This document shows, in pieces, positions 60,436-64,000 of a stretch of DNA of 64,000 nucleotides (within the stretch, counting starts at the first letter, position 1; every line of letters starts with the position of its first letter). The stretch is taken from the NCBI GenBank assembly GCA_016933675.1, contig JAFGAM010000001.1, positions 21,181-85,180 of the forward strand. The letters run 5' to 3'. This stretch comes from Candidatus Anaeroferrophillacea bacterium. GTDB taxonomy: Bacteria > Desulfobacterota > Anaeroferrophillalia > Anaeroferrophillales > Anaeroferrophillaceae. A program made the position numbers and the translations under genes. The notes under the pieces were generated by a model, which was not told the DNA's origin, ran no database searches, and was given only the letters and a program-made list of their open reading frames with translations.

Positions 60436-62204
60436 CGCACCTCCGCGGTCAGTTGGCGGCCGGAGGCGGGCGACATGACGCCGCCATCCAGGCACCAGAC
60501 CTCGTCGGCAAGTTCCGCCAGCGCCGGCCGGTGGGAGATGGCCAGCATGGCAATCCGTCCCTTGAGCCCTGTCAGGGTGCGGCAGACAGCGGCCTCACTA
60601 TCCTCATCCAAAGCACTGGTGGCCTCGTCGAGGATAAGCAGCCGCGGTCGGTGAGCGAGGGCCCGGGCGATGGCGATCCGCTGACGCTGACCGCCGGAGA
60701 GTTTGCCGCCGCGTTCACCGACGACGGTATCGAGACCATCCGGCATCCCGGCGATGAACTCCGAGGCCCCGGCCGCCCGCACCGCCGCCTCGACCTCCGC
60801 GGTCGTCACCCCGGGGTTACCGATGATGATATTGTTGCGAATGGTATCGTGGAGCAGCACCGTATCCTGGGGAACATAGCCGATCTGCCGGCGCCAGTGG
60901 CGCAGGTCGATTTCGTCCAGCGGCACCCCGTCAATCAGGACGCGGCCCGCGGACGGCCGCAACAGCCCGGTGAGGAGATCGACCATGGTGGTCTTCCCGG
61001 CCCCCGAGTGGCCGATGACGGTAACCAACCCGCCGGCCGGAATGGTCAGGTCGATACCGGCGAACACGACATTCCCGTCGTAGGCGAAGCTCACCCCGTC
61101 AAGACACACCTCGCGGGTCAGATCAAGCTTCCGGCTGCCCCCCTCACCTTCGCGCAGTCGGTCAGCCTCGGCGATCTTCGCCTGCAGCGACCAGTAGGCA
61201 CTCTCACAGGCACCGAGTTCCTGGTACTGGCGCTGCATCTTGCCCAGCTGGCCGAGAAACCGGGCGAGGAGAAAGGTCAGCATCATCACCGTCGGCAGCT
61301 CCATGGGCCAGATCACCAGGGTGGCAAAGAGGCCGCCGATGACCAGCAGGGTCAGAATCGGCTCCTGCAATCCCTTGAGCGCAGCCTTGCTATATGCCTG
61401 TTTGCGGAGGGCATGGTTCAGTTTGACGGCATCATACTCCAGCAGGCGGTCGGCCAGGTCGTCCCGGCCCATGGACTTGAGCGGCTTCACCGACTGCAAG
61501 CTGTCGACCAGGCGAGCGGCCAGCGATTGCAGCAGTTCGGTCTGCCGCCGTCCGGCGCGCTTGGTCTTGCGCACCAGCCGGCTGAGCACCAACACCACGA
61601 GCACCGCGCCGCCGTAGGCCGCCAGGGTGATCTTCCAGGATACCAGCAGCGCCACCAGACTGTAGACCGCCGCCTGAATGAGATAGGTGATGGTCATGGC
61701 GCCGTAGAGATAGGCCTGGGCCGCCCGCATCACCTCGGTGGCGATGGCGTTGGCCAGCGAACCGATGGGCTGATTGAGAAAATAGGACCAGTCGGAAGCG
61801 ATGAAGGAACGCAGCATGGTGAGCCGCAAATCGGTGGCGACATGGGCCACGGTGTAGCCCACCTTCTTGTCCGCCAGCAGCACGAAAACGCTCTTGACGA
61901 GAATCAGGGTAACGACCACCCCGAGAAGGGAGCCGATGGTCGGAACAATTCCGACAACTTCCAGCGCACGGATAACATGCACCCCGACCCCGTGGTCGGG
62001 CGTGCCGGCGCCGGCTTCCGGAGCGGTGGAAAACGCCAGATTAAGCACCGGCAGAAGGGCTGTAAGGCCGATCCCTTCAACGATGCCGGCCACCATCAGG
62101 GCGGCCAGCATGAATATCGTTCGGGCCGGATAGCGGCGACCGATATGCCAGAGCAAGTGCATGATTTTACTTTTTTTCCTCTCTTCACGCGCCCGTTTCA
62201 ACAA
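60423..62204 (-). CDS. ABC exporter, fused TMD-NBD (MsbA-like lipid flippase candidate)
   Basis: It has six N-terminal TM helices, Walker A GHSGAGKTT, signature LSGGQRQR and Walker B LLILDEATSALD. The start is either TTG at 62204 or ATG at 62162. Confidence 0.85.
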   Translation of the reverse strand: MLKRAREERKKSKIMHLLWHIGRRYPARTIFMLAALMVAGIVEGIGLTALLPVLNLAFSTAPEAGAGTPDHGVGVHVIRALEVVGIVPTIGSLLGVVVTLILVKSVFVLLADKKVGYTVAHVATDLRLTMLRSFIASDWSYFLNQPIGSLANAIATEVMRAAQAYLYGAMTITYLIQAAVYSLVALLVSWKITLAAYGGAVLVVLVLSRLVRKTKRAGRRQTELLQSLAARLVDSLQSVKPLKSMGRDDLADRLLEYDAVKLNHALRKQAYSKAALKGLQEPILTLLVIGGLFATLVIWPMELPTVMMLTFLLARFLGQLGKMQRQYQELGACESAYWSLQAKIAEADRLREGEGGSRKLDLTREVCLDGVSFAYDGNVVFAGIDLTIPAGGLVTVIGHSGAGKTTMVDLLTGLLRPSAGRVLIDGVPLDEIDLRHWRRQIGYVPQDTVLLHDTIRNNIIIGNPGVTTAEVEAAVRAAGASEFIAGMPDGLDTVVGERGGKLSGGQRQRIAIARALAHRPRLLILDEATSALDEDSEAAVCRTLTGLKGRIAMLAISHRPALAELADEVWCLDGGVMSPASGRQLTAEVRCGG

Positions 62205-62236
62205 CTCGCCACCGGCCCCCTCCGGGGCGGTTTTGC

Positions 62237-62265
62237 TTGCCTTTCCGGCGGTGATTTGCTAGCTT
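62237..62265 (+). promoter_or_regulatory. Predicted nadA promoter (-35 TTGCCT, 17-nt spacer, -10 TAGCTT)
   Basis: It is nearly identical in architecture and flanks to the proC promoter block. It implies a leader of about 200 nt. Confidence 0.55.
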
Positions 62266-62475
62266 CGGTAAGTCTCAGCATGGCCGCACGGAGTGCGGCC
62301 ATTGAGCGCCGCCGGCAGGGGCTGCGCCGCCGGCAGGCGCAAAGATACCGGCTGCGCCGCCGCAGCAACACCATCACGGCCCACACCTGCGTTCATACTC
62401 GCTCTTGCGGTCGCTACCGCCGCCGGGGCCAGCCGAAGGTCCGACAATGAGGCGGACAGCCAGTGAGGATTGATC

Positions 62476-63402
62476 ATGCACGACGACGCGGCGGCCATTA
62501 TCAACCGGATTCAACAGCTCAAACGGGAACACCGGGCGATAATCCTGGCGCACAACTACGAACCGCCCGAAATCCAGGATCTCGCCGACATCACCGGTGA
62601 CTCCCTCGGACTGAGCGTCCAGGCGGCGGCAACCGACGCCGGGGTCATCGTCTTCTGCGGCGTCAGCTTCATGGCCGAGAGTGCCGCCATTCTGGCGCCC
62701 GAAAAGCGGGTTATCCTGCCGCGGCAAGAATGCGGTTGTGGCCTTGCCGACACCGCCACCGCCGCGCAGGTCCGGGAAGCACGCCGGCGGCACCCCGACG
62801 CGGTGGTGATTACCTACGTCAATTCATCCGCCGCCGTCAAGGCGGAAAGCGATATCTGTTGCACCTCGGGCAACGCCGTCAACGTCATCAAACGCGTCCC
62901 GGCGGACCGGGAAATTCTCTTCGTTCCCGACCGCAACCTGGGCGCCTGGGTGCAGCAGCAGACCGGCCGCCGACTGATCCTCTGGAACGGCTGCTGTCCG
63001 GTGCATGACGCCATCCGCGCCGATGACGTGCGCGCGGCGCGTGCGCGTCATCCCGAGGCCGCCGTCATCGTCCACCCCGAGTGCCGTCCAGAGGTAACCG
63101 CCCTGGCCGACGCGGTATGCAGCACCGGCGGCATGCTTGCCGCCGTCGACCGACTGCCGCCGCGGGAGTTCATCATCGGCACCGAGGAAGGCATGCTGCA
63201 TCCTCTGCGCCGGGCCGCTCCCGACCGGATTTTCCACCCTCTGAAAATGAACGGCATGATCTGTGCTGACATGAAAAAAATCAGCCTGGTCGATGTCCTC
63301 CGCGCCCTCGAAAAGCAAGAACCGGTGGTTTCCGTCGATCAGGATACCGCCGTCCGCGCCCGCTCAGCCCTTGAACGGATGCTGGATGTTCCCCGCAACT
63401 GA
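62476..63402 (+). CDS. nadA: Quinolinate synthase NadA
   Basis: It has the motifs ILAHNY, FCGVSFMAE and NGCCPVH. The ATG at 62476 is preceded by the SD GTGAGGA. Confidence 0.92.
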   Translation: MHDDAAAIINRIQQLKREHRAIILAHNYEPPEIQDLADITGDSLGLSVQAAATDAGVIVFCGVSFMAESAAILAPEKRVILPRQECGCGLADTATAAQVREARRRHPDAVVITYVNSSAAVKAESDICCTSGNAVNVIKRVPADREILFVPDRNLGAWVQQQTGRRLILWNGCCPVHDAIRADDVRAARARHPEAAVIVHPECRPEVTALADAVCSTGGMLAAVDRLPPREFIIGTEEGMLHPLRRAAPDRIFHPLKMNGMICADMKKISLVDVLRALEKQEPVVSVDQDTAVRARSALERMLDVPRN

Positions 63403-63428
63403 ACCGCCCACAGACCCGGAGCCTGCCC

Positions 63429-63863
63429 ATGCCTGACACCCCCGCCCCAGCCAGATCACCCTATGCCGGACATCTCGGCATCCAGACCATCGAAACCGGT
63501 ACCGGCACTTGCCACCTCGCGCTGGTCAACCAGGAGGAATTTCAGCAGGAATCCGGGTTCACCCATGTCGGGATCCTCAGTGCCCTCGCGGACCAGGCTG
63601 CAACCGATGCCTGCCACACCCTCACCGGTACCGGCAAACAGGTGCTGACCATTGAATGCAAGCTCAACTTCCTGCGTCCGGCCACCGGCCGCAACCTGGC
63701 CTGCAAGGCCCGCATAATACGCGGTGGCAAGCAGATCATGGTAGTGGAAACCCATATCTGGAGCCAGGATGCGAACCACGGCGAACGAGCTGCTCATGAA
63801 AGTCTGGTATGTCAGGGAACATCGACCATGGCCATCGTCCAACCGCGACAACGCCCGGCATAA
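63429..63863 (+). CDS. PaaI-family hotdog-fold thioesterase
   Basis: It is 144 aa with HVGILSALADQAATDA and ECKLNFLRPA motifs. Confidence 0.75.
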   Translation: MPDTPAPARSPYAGHLGIQTIETGTGTCHLALVNQEEFQQESGFTHVGILSALADQAATDACHTLTGTGKQVLTIECKLNFLRPATGRNLACKARIIRGGKQIMVVETHIWSQDANHGERAAHESLVCQGTSTMAIVQPRQRPA

Positions 63864-63903
63864 CCCGCGACCCACCGGCATACTATCGCGCCCCAGGCTG
63901 CCG

Positions 63904-64000
63904 TCACCGGGCACGATAGTCACGGTATCCAAGCTCATGCCGTCGGCAGTATTCCATCCCCGCGTCAAGCATATCGAGCATGGCCTGCCGGTCATCCGGC
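63904..64000 (-). CDS. C-terminal fragment of an unidentified CDS entering from beyond the window (...PDDRQAMLDMLDAGMEYCRRHELGYRDYRAR*)
   Basis: The minus-strand frame is open from the window edge to a TGA at 63906..63904. It is too short for the ORF track. Confidence 0.35.
   Translation of the reverse strand, partial: PDDRQAMLDMLDAGMEYCRRHELGYRDYRAR

Overview
This is a 64-kb high-GC bacterial chromosomal segment, roughly two-thirds G+C by eye, with short AT-rich islands at divergent promoters. I recognise about 58 protein genes and no rRNA, tRNA, CRISPR array, transposase or phage gene. A deltaproteobacterial, Desulfuromonadales-like host is inferred only from gene content: a CIRCE operator at rpoH, futalosine mqnA, FolE2, and many PAS/GGDEF signalling genes.

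Positions 1-43.3 kb are housekeeping. They encode tsaD, rpoH, queD-folE2, plsY, an ABC-F ATPase, rlpA, argB, hslVU-xerC, a TonB-like protein, rluD-pgeF-yggT-yggU, a DUF342-murJ-mltG operon, argJ, secA and an M23 peptidase. They also encode a second DUF342 gene, nadK-recN, a histidine kinase/GGDEF operon, pcnB-mqnA and proC.

Positions 43.4-62.2 kb form a contiguous lipid island, which is the most interesting part.
- It carries a bacterial ceramide backbone set: serine palmitoyltransferase, ACP, SDR reductase, fatty acyl-AMP ligase and a divergent large GNAT.
- It carries two nucleotidyltransferases and an orphan radical SAM enzyme.
- It carries lptF-lptG, a metallophosphoesterase, and an MsbA-like exporter with an exported TPR protein.
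- It carries a translationally coupled operon of a CDP-alcohol phosphatidyltransferase, a DAG-kinase-family lipid kinase and a Tam41/Mmp37-like nucleotidyltransferase.

I propose, as inference, that this operon forms a CDP-activated (CDP-ceramide-type) head-group pathway.

The second notable signal is a dispersed intergenic repeat family. It has a 5' box CGCGAATCCGG and a 3' box YGGCAGTGGTTACGGTTCCATCA. About 25-30 copies are visible, mostly on the + strand, including a four-copy array directly upstream of the head-group operon.

All family assignments come from motif recognition by eye. No database search was run.
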